A stretch of 51,222 nucleotides of DNA from Candidatus Saccharimonadota bacterium (GCA_019352195.1 JACAFG010000006.1:1-51222); one strand, 5' to 3'; shown: positions 16,360 to 25,737, counted from the first letter of the stretch. A program made the numbers and translations. The notes: generated by a model from the sequence alone, not told the origin.

Positions 16360-17703
16360 TTAGGACGCCGGACAGGTGGAGGTGATTTTGTCACCGTCGG
16401 TCACTTGCTTCATCCAGGCGAGCGTGTCATTTAAGCTGACCACCATGGTATTAAAGTGCGTGGCACTCGGGTAAAGCTTGAGCGTGACAGGGCCTTTGCT
16501 GGCCCTGCACATACTGGGCAGGGCGGCTTGGGCTTGAGCCGGTAATACTACATTGTCGTAGTGGCCTTGGTTGATGAGTTTGGCAGTGGTGGTAGCTTCG
16601 GTGCCGGTGGCATTTTGTTGGAGGTCGTGTAACAGCTCGGGATAAAGTTGACCTAGGGTACCGTTTTGAATGGCGCTCAGGTAAGGCGGCGTATAGACCT
16701 TGCTGGGATCATGACCCCAAAAGCTGTAGGCGGTATCGACGCAGTGGGAGGTAACGTCCGCCGTGAGGGTGGCGGCAAAGCGCGGCTGCAGGATCGCATC
16801 AGGATTATAATTTTGGTGATAATAATCGGCATAGCTGACGAGGACATAAGGACCAAACCAGTTCAAAATTGAGCCGCGCGTAACGTCGTTCATCGTTTCT
16901 TCAACACTCAGCACCGGCCCGTAGCCGATGACGCCAGAGAGCTTGATGTCGGGCGCATAGGAAGCATTGATGGTGTCGGCCCAAAACGCCGCGTGACCGC
17001 CTTGTGAGTAGCCCGCCACAAAGACGCTTGACTGGTCGAGGCGACCTTTGCTCTGGGACAATTGGCCGAGGGCGCGAATACTGTCGAGCACGGCGCGGCC
17101 TTCGAGCGGACCCACCATATAGTGGTGCAGATGTCCCGGATCGCGCATGCCTTCGTAATCGGTGGTGACAGCGGCGTAGCCCTGCGAAGCGTACGTCACC
17201 ATATGAGAATCGTAATTCCCCCAGCTGGCCGTGGCGACATTTTCGAGACTGGCCGCACACTGGGGCCCCACACCGGTGGTGCCAGGAGCAAACGCAAAAA
17301 TTGGCAAATTGTTGTTGTCGTTATTGGGGAAATAGGCCCGGCCATATACCGTGATGGGCGCGCCGTTCAGATCGATCGAACGATAATGAAAAGTAACTTT
17401 GGTAATGCCGGTGGTTATGACTGGCGCTACGGCGCCATAATTTTGCTTGGACAGTGCTTGGGCCTGCGCGGCCGTAAAGTTGGTAACCCCGTCGATACCC
17501 AAAACCTGCCCTGCCCCGCCGGCTGGCGTAGCCGTCACCATAGGGCTAACGGTGCGCGAGGTATTGAGGGCATTTTGACCATGATGACGCGAACAATAGC
17601 CCGCGCCCAGAGCTACGAGCAAGACTCCGGCCAAGGCATACAGCGGCCAACGTGGCGGTTTGTTAACGGGCTGATCGTGGCGGTAGATCGGTTTACTCGT
17701 CAT
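16360..17703 (-). CDS. secreted/membrane-anchored alpha/beta hydrolase, secretory-lipase (LIP)-like
   Basis: 447 aa. N-terminal TM/signal anchor (WPLYALAGVLLVALGAGY). Nucleophile elbow GYSQGGHAA. The size and layout resemble LIP-family lipases, but the family assignment is unverified. Confidence 0.75.
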   Translation of the reverse strand: MTSKPIYRHDQPVNKPPRWPLYALAGVLLVALGAGYCSRHHGQNALNTSRTVSPMVTATPAGGAGQVLGIDGVTNFTAAQAQALSKQNYGAVAPVITTGITKVTFHYRSIDLNGAPITVYGRAYFPNNDNNNLPIFAFAPGTTGVGPQCAASLENVATASWGNYDSHMVTYASQGYAAVTTDYEGMRDPGHLHHYMVGPLEGRAVLDSIRALGQLSQSKGRLDQSSVFVAGYSQGGHAAFWADTINASYAPDIKLSGVIGYGPVLSVEETMNDVTRGSILNWFGPYVLVSYADYYHQNYNPDAILQPRFAATLTADVTSHCVDTAYSFWGHDPSKVYTPPYLSAIQNGTLGQLYPELLHDLQQNATGTEATTTAKLINQGHYDNVVLPAQAQAALPSMCRASKGPVTLKLYPSATHFNTMVVSLNDTLAWMKQVTDGDKITSTCPAS

Positions 17704-18179
17704 GACAGATAAAACCTCATGATGTCCATGTCGACGCCTTCGACGCTGGCGGTTTCGATGTACTTAAAGCCTTGGCGTTCGTAGTAACGCCGGTGGTCGT
17801 AAGTGGCAAGCGTCACCGTGTTGGCGCCGAGGGCGCGCTCGCGTTTAAGCAGGCGCGACAGCAGCGCCAGACCGGTGTTTTTGCCGCGACCGGATGGGGC
17901 CACATACAGCCAGTACATTTGGCCAGCGCTACCTCTGGGAACGCTACCGATGGCGTAGCCGATAAGTTCGTCGGCGAGCCAAGCCGTGAGGACGATGCGG
18001 CGCGGGTCGATGACCGCGCGGGCGAGCCGGACAGGGCTATGGCTTTGAATGGTTTTCGCCTGCACGTCGTCGTCGAAATAGGTAAAACTCGTGCGCACCG
18101 CCGCCGTAAACAGGCGATGCATCGCCATGAGTTTGGTTAGCGGCAAGCGCTTAATAGTAATGGTAGCGATTTCAGACAT
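17700..18179 (-). CDS. GNAT-family N-acetyltransferase
   Basis: Start at Met10 of the track ORF. Acetyl-CoA motif A-like YVAPSGRGKNTGLALL. 4-nt ATGA overlap with the downstream lipase-like gene. Confidence 0.82.
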   Translation of the reverse strand: MSEIATITIKRLPLTKLMAMHRLFTAAVRTSFTYFDDDVQAKTIQSHSPVRLARAVIDPRRIVLTAWLADELIGYAIGSVPRGSAGQMYWLYVAPSGRGKNTGLALLSRLLKRERALGANTVTLATYDHRRYYERQGFKYIETASVEGVDMDIMRFYLS

Positions 18180-18248
18180 AATTGCTGCTTTATCATACCA
18201 GAGCAAGAGCGGTTTGATGTCAATTTAGGCTTGATTAATTATGTATTT

Positions 18249-18257
18249 TGTTATAAT
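18249..18257 (+). promoter_or_regulatory. extended -10 element (TGtTATAAT) upstream of cassette gene 18297
   Basis: Read directly in an AT-rich spacer, about 40 nt upstream of the ATG, which has GGAG 6 nt upstream. Confidence 0.5.
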
Positions 18258-18296
18258 ATATTCTTTATCCTACCCGTACCACCACTTGGAGAAGCT

Positions 18297-18719
18297 ATGG
18301 GGACACCTGGACGTACCGATTATTACCCCGCGATCGCCACTCCGGCCGAACGCGAGGCCGCCACTGACCGGCAGAAATTCGGTTGGGAAATGATGAGCTG
18401 GGACGCCTACGTTGCGTTCGCTTGGGTAATGGACGACGAGCATCCAGTGCCGCCGGTGCCCGACACTTTCATCACCACGTGGGCGCGCCCGCACATCTTC
18501 GCCGACGGTCACAGCGTGACCATCGTCGGCTTCACTGCCACCGCCAGCATCGGTTGGATAGGCGCCAACGGTCTGGAGATGATCTACACCGGTTTGCCCA
18601 CTTACTTCCGGGTCAGGGTGCCGGACGTGGCCGACGCCATCGTCATGAACGGCGGCTGGAGCCAGGATGAGTTCTACGCGTGGCTGCAGAGCTACGAACC
18701 GTCGGCGCTTCGCGCCTGA
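18297..18719 (+). CDS. orphan cytoplasmic-looking hypothetical protein (G+C-rich cassette)
   Basis: Met23 of ORF 18231..18719 with a GGAG SD. 140 aa, Trp-rich, no TM helix. Confidence 0.5.
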   Translation: MGTPGRTDYYPAIATPAEREAATDRQKFGWEMMSWDAYVAFAWVMDDEHPVPPVPDTFITTWARPHIFADGHSVTIVGFTATASIGWIGANGLEMIYTGLPTYFRVRVPDVADAIVMNGGWSQDEFYAWLQSYEPSALRA

Positions 18720-18743
18720 TCGGCATCGCTTGCACCAATAACT

Positions 18744-18777
18744 GGGCCCCGGCTGAACTTCGGTTCGGCTGGGGCCC
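18744..18777. terminator. GC-rich hairpin after 18297..18719
   Basis: gggccccggctgaac-ttcg-gttcggctggggccc (15-bp stem with G.T pairs). Confidence 0.6.
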
Positions 18778-19029
18778 TTCTGCGTAGTTTGTTTGAGAAT
18801 AGGGCTGAGCGTCGTGTCAATTTAAAACGAAGTGCCCACCTCGCCTGAGTAAGCGGAGTGGGCAGCGACGGTCGATGGAGTGATGGTCAGGCGGTGGGGC
18901 CGCGTGAAGACCGGAGTTACTGGCGTCTGCCTCAACATGGTCGAGTTCACCGCTCGGTAGGTGGTTGTCCGGATCGAACACCTCGATGGCCGCGGCTAGC
19001 CGCCAGAGCTGGGCTGAAAAACGACGAAC

Positions 19030-19221
19030 CTATTCCGGATCGAGGCCGTCGGCCACCAGACGGCGGGACAGTCGTCGGTGTGACTCGATCTGGGCTGCCG
19101 TGGCAGGATCCATTTCGATGAAGATGGTTATGCCCGGAACACTGGCTACGGGGGTTCCGAGCAGCCAGTCGAGCACGCGCTCAAATCTGCTGCGCGCTTT
19201 TTCGGTGGCATCAGTGAACAT
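19030..19221 (-). CDS. small hypothetical ORF (63 aa) ending at a TAG that is followed in frame by 70 more open codons
   Basis: ORF track for the 63-aa ORF. The in-frame continuation 18817..19029 was read manually (VRRFSAQLWRLAAAIEVFDPDNH...). Confidence 0.35.
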   Translation of the reverse strand: MFTDATEKARSRFERVLDWLLGTPVASVPGITIFIEMDPATAAQIESHRRLSRRLVADGLDPE

Positions 19222-19396
19222 AGTGCACCCTTTCGGTCGATACCCGCTACGGGAAGCGCGAGTTAGCGTAATTTTAAGCTAATTTGCTAACAAGTCAATA
19301 AACTGTCGTGAAAAGCAACCTCATTCGTCTTGCGTACGTAGCTCGAGGATCCTAACTGTCTCTCAGGACCGCGGAATAGCTGCTTCGACATAGGCA

Positions 19397-19425
19397 TAGA
19401 CAGCGTGGGGCTATTAGGTTACAAT
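19397..19425 (+). promoter_or_regulatory. promoter-like TAGACA-17 nt-TACAAT ending 6 nt before the typA ATG
   Basis: Read directly. No SD lies between the -10 hexamer and ATG 19432. Confidence 0.5.
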
Positions 19426-19431
19426 ATTTTG

Positions 19432-21249
19432 ATGCATAACTCGTCTAAACTTCGCAACATCGCCATTATTGCTCACGTCGACCACGGCAAGACGACCCTT
19501 GTCGATGGTTTCTTAAAGCAAACGCACATGTTTCGTGACAACCAAGCCGAAATGGGCCAAACGCTCATTATGGACTCTGGGGATCAGGAACGAGAGCGCG
19601 GCATTACCATTACGGCTAAGATTACGGCCGTTGATTACAAAGACACCCACATCAACATTATCGACACCCCCGGTCACGCCGACTTTGGCGGTGAAGTAGA
19701 GCGCACCCTGCACATGGCCGACGGCTGTTTGCTGATTGTGGACGCCCAAGAAGGCCCGATGCCACAAACCAAGTTTGTGCTGAAAAAAGCCCTGGCCGCG
19801 GGACTTAAGCCAATTGTTGTCATCAACAAAATCGACAAGCCCGGTGCTCGCCTCGGTGAAGTTGAAGACGAATTGGGTGACTTGTTCTTAGAGCTCGCTA
19901 CCCACGAAGACCAGCTTCACTACTCGATCTATTACGCCATTGGACGCGAAGGTAAGGCTTGGAGCGAAGTCCCAGCCGACCCTAGCGCTGACGGCGATTT
20001 GTCGGTCATTTTTGAAGCCATTGTGCGCGATATCCCCGCTCCTAATGTGACCGAGGACGGCGATGTGCAGTTGCTCGTGACCGCGCTGGACTGGGACAGC
20101 TACCAAGGTAAATACGCCATTGGCCTGCTCAAGCGAGGCACAATTAAGCCAGGTGACAACGTTGCCTTAGCTACGCCTGAAGGCGTCGTCAGCCGCGGCA
20201 AAATCGACAAGCTCCTCACCTACCAAGGTTTGGGTCGAGTCGAATCGACCACGGCGGGTGCCGGCGAAATTATCGCGGTCACCGGTTTGTCGGCTGCGCA
20301 CATTGGCGAGACCATTACCAACCCCGAAAATCCTGACGCCCTGCCCATCATCGAAATTGAGCCACCGGCTCTTAGCATGTACCTCGGTCCCAACACCTCG
20401 CCCCAAAAAGGCAAAGAGGCCGAATTTTCAACCGGCCGACAGGTTGGTGAGCGCTTGCAGCGTGAGCTTGAGACCAACATTGGTTTGCGCGTTGGTACCC
20501 AGGGTATTGGCTTTGTCGTGTCGGGCCGCGGTGAACTGCACTTATCAGTGCTGATTGAAGCGATGCGCCGTGAAGGTTACGAGTTTGAAGTTGGCCGCCC
20601 CCAGGTTGTGACAATTGAAGAAAACGGTAAGACGCTCGAGCCGTTTGAAGAAATTACGATTGAAGTCCCCAACGAGTACTCCGGCGCGGTGCAAAGCGAG
20701 CTGGGTCTGCGACGGGCGGAGATTACCGGCCAGAGTTTGCTCACCGGCGACCGCGTGCGCATCATTGCTACGCTGCCAACGCGCGCTTTGCTGGGTCTGC
20801 GTAACCTGTTTATTACCGCTACGCGCGGCACCATTGTAATGAGCTCCGAAATGATTGGCTATCAGCCGCTCGGGATCGCGGTTGAAGGTAAGCGCAACGG
20901 GGCCTTGGTTGCCTGGGAAGCCGGCACTACCACCGCCTACGCGCTGCAAATGGCCGAAGGCCGTGGCACCGTGTTTGTGGGCCCGGGCGAAAAAGTCTAC
21001 GGTGGACAAATTGTTGGCCTGAACACTCGCAGTGAAGACATCGACATGAACGTCGTCAAAGAGAAGCACCTCACCAACATGCGTTCAAGCTCCAGCGACG
21101 GTATTGTGCACCTCGTGCCGGCAACTCGCTTCAGCCTCGAGCAAAACCTCGACTTCCTGGCCGACGACGAACTCCTCGAAGTTACGCCGAAAAGCCTGCG
21201 CCTGCGTAAGCGAGAGCTCGACCGCAATATTCGCGCGAAGCAGAAATAG
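19432..21249 (+). CDS. typA: translational GTPase TypA/BipA
   Basis: Start at Met10 of the track [36 protein letters not shown] and NKIDK G-motifs. The length and C-terminal domain are typical of BipA. Confidence 0.95.
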   Translation: MHNSSKLRNIAIIAHVDHGKTTLVDGFLKQTHMFRDNQAEMGQTLIMDSGDQERERGITITAKITAVDYKDTHINIIDTPGHADFGGEVERTLHMADGCLLIVDAQEGPMPQTKFVLKKALAAGLKPIVVINKIDKPGARLGEVEDELGDLFLELATHEDQLHYSIYYAIGREGKAWSEVPADPSADGDLSVIFEAIVRDIPAPNVTEDGDVQLLVTALDWDSYQGKYAIGLLKRGTIKPGDNVALATPEGVVSRGKIDKLLTYQGLGRVESTTAGAGEIIAVTGLSAAHIGETITNPENPDALPIIEIEPPALSMYLGPNTSPQKGKEAEFSTGRQVGERLQRELETNIGLRVGTQGIGFVVSGRGELHLSVLIEAMRREGYEFEVGRPQVVTIEENGKTLEPFEEITIEVPNEYSGAVQSELGLRRAEITGQSLLTGDRVRIIATLPTRALLGLRNLFITATRGTIVMSSEMIGYQPLGIAVEGKRNGALVAWEAGTTTAYALQMAEGRGTVFVGPGEKVYGGQIVGLNTRSEDIDMNVVKEKHLTNMRSSSSDGIVHLVPATRFSLEQNLDFLADDELLEVTPKSLRLRKRELDRNIRAKQK

Positions 21250-21268
21250 CTCCTTGCTTCAGCCAGAC

Positions 21269-21296
21269 AAAAAACCGCCTCTCGGGGCGGTTTTTT
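21269..21296. terminator. bidirectional intrinsic terminator between typA and the DUF1059 gene
   Basis: aaaaaaccgcc-tctcg-gggcggtttttt. Confidence 0.85.
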
Positions 21297-21340
21297 GCGC
21301 TACATGCTAGGACAAAGGCCTAGGTTTTTCGGATGCCGAC

Positions 21341-21577
21341 TTAGACCTTGACGATAACAACTTCGGGTTCAAATTCGGTGTGAGACTGGCTTAAGAGACT
21401 TTTGATATGGGTTCTGATAATGGCACGCATATCGGCGTCGTTGTCGGCAAATTCCGGGTGATATTTTAGCGCATGCGCCGAAGCCGTCGCCTCGATGAGC
21501 TCGGTTTCGGTATCGCCTGCGGTGATGCGAAAATCGCAGTTTTGTTCAAAATCGGTACAGCCAACGGTTTTTGCCAT
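21341..21577 (-). CDS. DUF1059-like small protein
   Basis: 78 aa. MAKTVGCTDFEQNCDFRITAGDTETELIEATASAHALKYH matches the DUF1059 pattern as I remember it. Confidence 0.75.
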   Translation of the reverse strand: MAKTVGCTDFEQNCDFRITAGDTETELIEATASAHALKYHPEFADNDADMRAIIRTHIKSLLSQSHTEFEPEVVIVKV

Positions 21578-21626
21578 GAGTGAATGCCTAGCGTTCGTTA
21601 CTTCATTTAGTATACGGAAATTAGGG

Positions 21627-22205
21627 TTACTTTACTATCAGATGGAGCCAGGCTGCCAAACGGTCGTAATGGGCTACTCCCCACCAAATATCGATGAGGG
21701 CGAGACCGGGAAAAATGATGAAGGACTCGACGCCCTGACCGGTGGTTACGCGCCAGGCCCGCACCGGCGGGAGGCCAAATTTTATGGGAATCGGCAGCAG
21801 CCACGGCACCCCTTCTTTGGTAAAGGTGTCCATAATCAGATGCGAAATGAGCCCGATCATGAAGGCCCACCACACTAAATGCGGATCCACGGTATGCATA
21901 ATCGGGCCAAGCAGTCCGAGCAAGACATGTAACAGCCAGCCAAACAAAGCCGCGCCGACGATTGAATGGGTCAGAAAACGGTGGCCGCCCAGCATTTTTC
22001 CGATGATTTTGCCAAAAAAGGTCCCCACCGGCAGATTGCGCCATAACGGCGCCGTCGGCTCATCAATATCGGGGGCGATACCCCCGAGCTGGTTGGCTAC
22101 CAGCGCGACGAGCACGGTGCCCAAGGTTACCGGATGCTGTGGCACGACCATGACGACAGCACCGAGAGCCGTGAGGGCAGCCAAATCATGGGTTCGTCCG
22201 GTCAC
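21627..22205 (-). CDS. YdjM-like membrane-bound metal-dependent hydrolase (DUF457)
   Basis: Track ORF 21627..22298. I favour the internal GTG (VTGRTHDLAAL...) because family members begin M-x-G-x-T-H, but the start is uncertain. The protein is rich in His and TM helices. Confidence 0.7.
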   Translation of the reverse strand: MTGRTHDLAALTALGAVVMVVPQHPVTLGTVLVALVANQLGGIAPDIDEPTAPLWRNLPVGTFFGKIIGKMLGGHRFLTHSIVGAALFGWLLHVLLGLLGPIMHTVDPHLVWWAFMIGLISHLIMDTFTKEGVPWLLPIPIKFGLPPVRAWRVTTGQGVESFIIFPGLALIDIWWGVAHYDRLAAWLHLIVK

Positions 22206-22316
22206 TCGAGAATATCCATAAGCGCTATTATGACACGCTGGTTGGTCTTTTGCCGTCAGAGCTTCCCAAGCATGCGGTGAGTTGTTAAGATAGCCCACAA
22301 GTAAGCGGTTATTTTG

Positions 22317-24428
22317 ATGTTTGTACGCATTTCCAACTTGACGATTCGGTGGCCCCGCGCCGTCTTGGCATTGGGGATCATCGTGATTGCCTTGTGCGCC
22401 ATGTACGCTAGTGGCATCAACTCGAGCTTATCGAGTGCGAACGGCTTCGTCGTCCGCGGCAGCGAATCCGACCGAGTGGCCACACAGCTCGCGCATGACT
22501 TTAATGATAGTCCGGCCAGTGGAATTGTGGTGTTTACCGGCTCGGGCGCCGGGGTTGCCAAAACACCCGCGTTTCGTACCGAAGTGAGCCGTCTGCTTGA
22601 GCCACTAGTTGCTACGGGCGCTGAGATTACGGCTGATACCGGCACGCCAGCGACGGCCAGCCTGATTTCGACCGATGGCACCAGTAGTTACGCCGTTATT
22701 CGGCTGTCTGGCAGCGACACCGCGCAGTATCAGCAGCTGGTAACTTGGCGCGACAAGGCCAAGAGCGACCTCGTGAGTATTACGCTGGGCGGGCCAGTAG
22801 TGGCGCAGCAACAGTCTCAGGCGCGGGTAGAGACCGATTTACGCCGGGCTGAACTCATTTCATTCCCCATTTTGGCTTTACTGCTGCTCGTCATTTTCCG
22901 CGGGGTGGTGGCAGCGCTGCTGCCCTTGATGCTCGGCGTTGTGGCTATCATTGGGGGGCTCGCCCTTACCCGTTTTATCGCCACGCAAACGAGCGTCGAT
23001 CAGTACGCCGTCAATATCATTACCATCTTGGGACTCGGGTTATCGATCGATTATTCGTTGCTCATGGTGAGCCGGTTTCGTGAAGAGCTGACTCATATCG
23101 CACTAGGTAGTGAGGTAACTTCCGCGGTTCGCCAAACCGTGCTGACGGCGGGACGGACCATCTTCTTTAGCGGCCTGACCGTGATTGTGAGTTTGCTAAC
23201 GCTGCTCGTGTTCCCGATTGATTTCCTCCACAGCATCGCGGTCGGGGCAGCGGCCGCCATTGCCATGGCCATGCTCGCGGCGCTGACGGTGCTGCCGGCG
23301 ATGCTTCATTTGCTCGGTGGACGCGTCAATAAGTGGCAATTGTTCCGCGAGCGCGTGCGGCCGAGCGGGTACGTCAATCTGTGGGGACGCCTGGGCGCGC
23401 TGACGATGTCGCACCCCTGGTCGGCGATCATCGGCAGCGTGGCCGTCATCAGCGCTCTGGCTTACCCGCTGACGCAGACGCATTTTGTTACCCAAACCTA
23501 TCGTTTCTTGCCCACGGGGACGAGTTCACGAACGGTGGCCGAAGCTCTGGGCCGGGATTTCACTAACCAAGGTAGCCGCATTGATGTCGTGGTGCATTTG
23601 GGAGGGCCCGCCACCAGTAGCGATGCCAGCACCCAGCTGGCGGCGATTGCGGGACAAATTAGTCATGTCTCGGGAGTACAATCGGTGTCGGACCCGCGCC
23701 TGGCGGGAGAGACGGCTGCCTTTACTGTCTATACGGTTAGTGATGACGCGGTGGCGCGTGACGTCGTGAGCGACCTGAGGCAGCTGCATGCCGTCAGCGC
23801 GACGCTGGAAGTGGGAGGTTCCGCCGCGGCCCTGAATGATTTGCTAACGGCGTTGTATCACCAGGCGTGGCTCGCGGCGCTGATCATCGTCGTGGCAATG
23901 TTCATTTTGCTGGGGTTGTTGTTACGGTCGGCGATTATTCCGCTGCAGGCCATTGTGATTAATAGTTTTGCGATCCTCGCGGCCATGGGCGTGCTCGTCC
24001 TTATTTTTCAAAAAGGACATATTGGCCCGATGCATTGGCTTAGCCCCACAGCTGGGCTTGATCCGACCATTCCGGTCCTGATCATGTCGATTGCGTTTGG
24101 CTTGTCCATGGATTACGGCGCCTTCTTGTATAGCCGGATTCGCGAAGAACACGACCTCACTACGGATACGAAACAAGCAATCATTGTCAGTCTCGAGCGC
24201 ACCGGCGGTATTATTACCGCGGCCGGAGTCCTGCTCGTGGTGGTAGTGGGATCATTCGCCAGTTCGGGCAGCGCGTATATCGAACAGGTGGGGCTGGGGC
24301 TGAGCGTCGCTATCTTAGTTGACGCCTTTATCGTGCGCTTATTTTTGGCCCCGGCCGTCATGTTGCAATTTGGCCGCTACAACTGGATCGCGCCTAAATG
24401 GATGCGTAACAGCTCGCTGAAACACTAG
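22317..24428 (+). CDS. MMPL-family (RND superfamily) transporter, copy 1
   Basis: About 703 aa. Two six-TM bundles separated by periplasmic domains. GLGLSIDYSLLMVSRFREE and FGLSMDYGAFLYSRIREE motifs. Confidence 0.9.
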   Translation: MFVRISNLTIRWPRAVLALGIIVIALCAMYASGINSSLSSANGFVVRGSESDRVATQLAHDFNDSPASGIVVFTGSGAGVAKTPAFRTEVSRLLEPLVATGAEITADTGTPATASLISTDGTSSYAVIRLSGSDTAQYQQLVTWRDKAKSDLVSITLGGPVVAQQQSQARVETDLRRAELISFPILALLLLVIFRGVVAALLPLMLGVVAIIGGLALTRFIATQTSVDQYAVNIITILGLGLSIDYSLLMVSRFREELTHIALGSEVTSAVRQTVLTAGRTIFFSGLTVIVSLLTLLVFPIDFLHSIAVGAAAAIAMAMLAALTVLPAMLHLLGGRVNKWQLFRERVRPSGYVNLWGRLGALTMSHPWSAIIGSVAVISALAYPLTQTHFVTQTYRFLPTGTSSRTVAEALGRDFTNQGSRIDVVVHLGGPATSSDASTQLAAIAGQISHVSGVQSVSDPRLAGETAAFTVYTVSDDAVARDVVSDLRQLHAVSATLEVGGSAAALNDLLTALYHQAWLAALIIVVAMFILLGLLLRSAIIPLQAIVINSFAILAAMGVLVLIFQKGHIGPMHWLSPTAGLDPTIPVLIMSIAFGLSMDYGAFLYSRIREEHDLTTDTKQAIIVSLERTGGIITAAGVLLVVVVGSFASSGSAYIEQVGLGLSVAILVDAFIVRLFLAPAVMLQFGRYNWIAPKWMRNSSLKH

Positions 24429-24451
24429 TTAGAGGTTCGGCCAGACCAGAC

Positions 24452-25660
24452 TTAAGCGGCGGTGGGTTGGCCGCAAATTGGACAATCGTCTTCGCGGCGG
24501 CCGTCGAGGCGCCATACTTTGAGCGCACCCGGCAGACTCTCGATGTCGGCATAGGCCACAAAGTCACCGAGGCGACGCAACATCCAGCCTCCAAAGCCAT
24601 AGAATTCCAACGGCCCAATGGTGGCGGCGGCCCAGCGGTCACCGATCGGAATAACCGGAAACGGCGCCGATTGATGATAGCGGGGCCGGGTGACGCCGCG
24701 CAGTTTGCGAGCAATGTCAGCCGCCACAAACGTGCCATCAGCTACAGCGGTCTGGGCGAGGCCGGCGTACTTAGTGTCCGCGTTATCGCCAATAACATAG
24801 ACGCTTTCACGGGCCTGCATATGGTCATCAACGGTTACTTTACCGTGATCACCGAGGTTAAGAACGCTCGCGTTGGCCTGATAAAACGGATTATTGGCCA
24901 CCCCGGCCGTCCACACGACGGTACGCGAGGCTATCGATTGACCTTTTATTTGCAAGCTTTCGGCCGTCTCGGCTTCGACTTCAGCGCCCGTCATAATATT
25001 TATGCCTAAGCGCTCCAAGCGGCGCTTCACTTTGGCTGCGGTGCGGGCAGAGGAGTGGGGCAATAGGCGCGGTGAGGCTTCAACGAGGTCGATGCGGAAG
25101 TTGGTCGTGACGCCGTGTTTGGTGGTAATTTGATGCAAATATTCGGCCAGGGCGCCGCTTAGTTCGACCCCCGTTGCGCCGCCGCCCACCACCACGTAAT
25201 TGACATCGGGACGGCGTTCGGCAATGAGCTGCTGATGGAGGTGCTGCTTGAAGCGTTCGGCGCCATCGATGGTTTTAATGTTGTAGGCAAACTTTTCGAG
25301 GCCGGCAATACCGAAATAGTTGGTCACTGAGCCGAGTGATAATACCAGCTCATCATAGGCAAATTCTTGCCCGTCGCTGGCGGTGACCGTTTTAGCCTCG
25401 GCGTTCAGCGTCGTAATAGTCGCGGTGACAAGCTCTACGGCGGCAGCGGCGAACAGTTGGGTTAACGGAATGACCGCTTCGGCCCGCGAACCACCCGTGG
25501 CCGCATGGTAGAGCTGAGGGTAATATGAAAAAACGGCCGTTTGCGAGATGAGCGTAACGTGCGCATTGGGAACTTGGCAGAGTTTGAGCGCGGCTTTGAC
25601 CCCGCCAAAACCGCCGCCAATAATCAAAATTTTGTGATGGGGCTGAACTTCGGTCGACAT
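24452..25660 (-). CDS. ndh: type II NADH:quinone oxidoreductase (NDH-2)
   Basis: 402 aa. Two dinucleotide folds: ILIIGGGFGGV and VVVGGGATGVELSGAL. Confidence 0.9.
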   Translation of the reverse strand: MSTEVQPHHKILIIGGGFGGVKAALKLCQVPNAHVTLISQTAVFSYYPQLYHAATGGSRAEAVIPLTQLFAAAAVELVTATITTLNAEAKTVTASDGQEFAYDELVLSLGSVTNYFGIAGLEKFAYNIKTIDGAERFKQHLHQQLIAERRPDVNYVVVGGGATGVELSGALAEYLHQITTKHGVTTNFRIDLVEASPRLLPHSSARTAAKVKRRLERLGINIMTGAEVEAETAESLQIKGQSIASRTVVWTAGVANNPFYQANASVLNLGDHGKVTVDDHMQARESVYVIGDNADTKYAGLAQTAVADGTFVAADIARKLRGVTRPRYHQSAPFPVIPIGDRWAAATIGPLEFYGFGGWMLRRLGDFVAYADIESLPGALKVWRLDGRREDDCPICGQPTAA

Positions 25661-25693
25661 AATAGTTCAATCATAAGCGTTATCTGGACGGAC

Positions 25694-25708
25694 GTCTACC
25701 AGGTAGAC
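25694..25708. promoter_or_regulatory. perfect 7-1-7 inverted repeat GTCTACC-a-GGTAGAC in the ndh/cyoA divergent spacer
   Basis: Read directly. Lies about 24 nt upstream of the cyoA extended -10. Confidence 0.5.
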
Positions 25709-25728
25709 CTACAAAAAGCTTACGGTAA

Positions 25729-25737
25729 TGGTATAAT
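25729..25737 (+). promoter_or_regulatory. extended -10 element TGgTATAAT upstream of cyoA
   Basis: Read directly, about 50 nt upstream of ATG 25788. Confidence 0.5.

Noticed and set aside
17062-17712. 216-aa plus ORF antisense to the lipase-like gene; likewise 20545..21069 (antisense to typA), 24467..25009 (antisense to ndh), 26702..27111, 27527..27919 and 28408..28812 (antisense to cyoB/cyoC)
   Set aside because: Each lies wholly within a gene that has unambiguous family motifs on the other strand, and the translations are low-complexity and Arg/His-rich.
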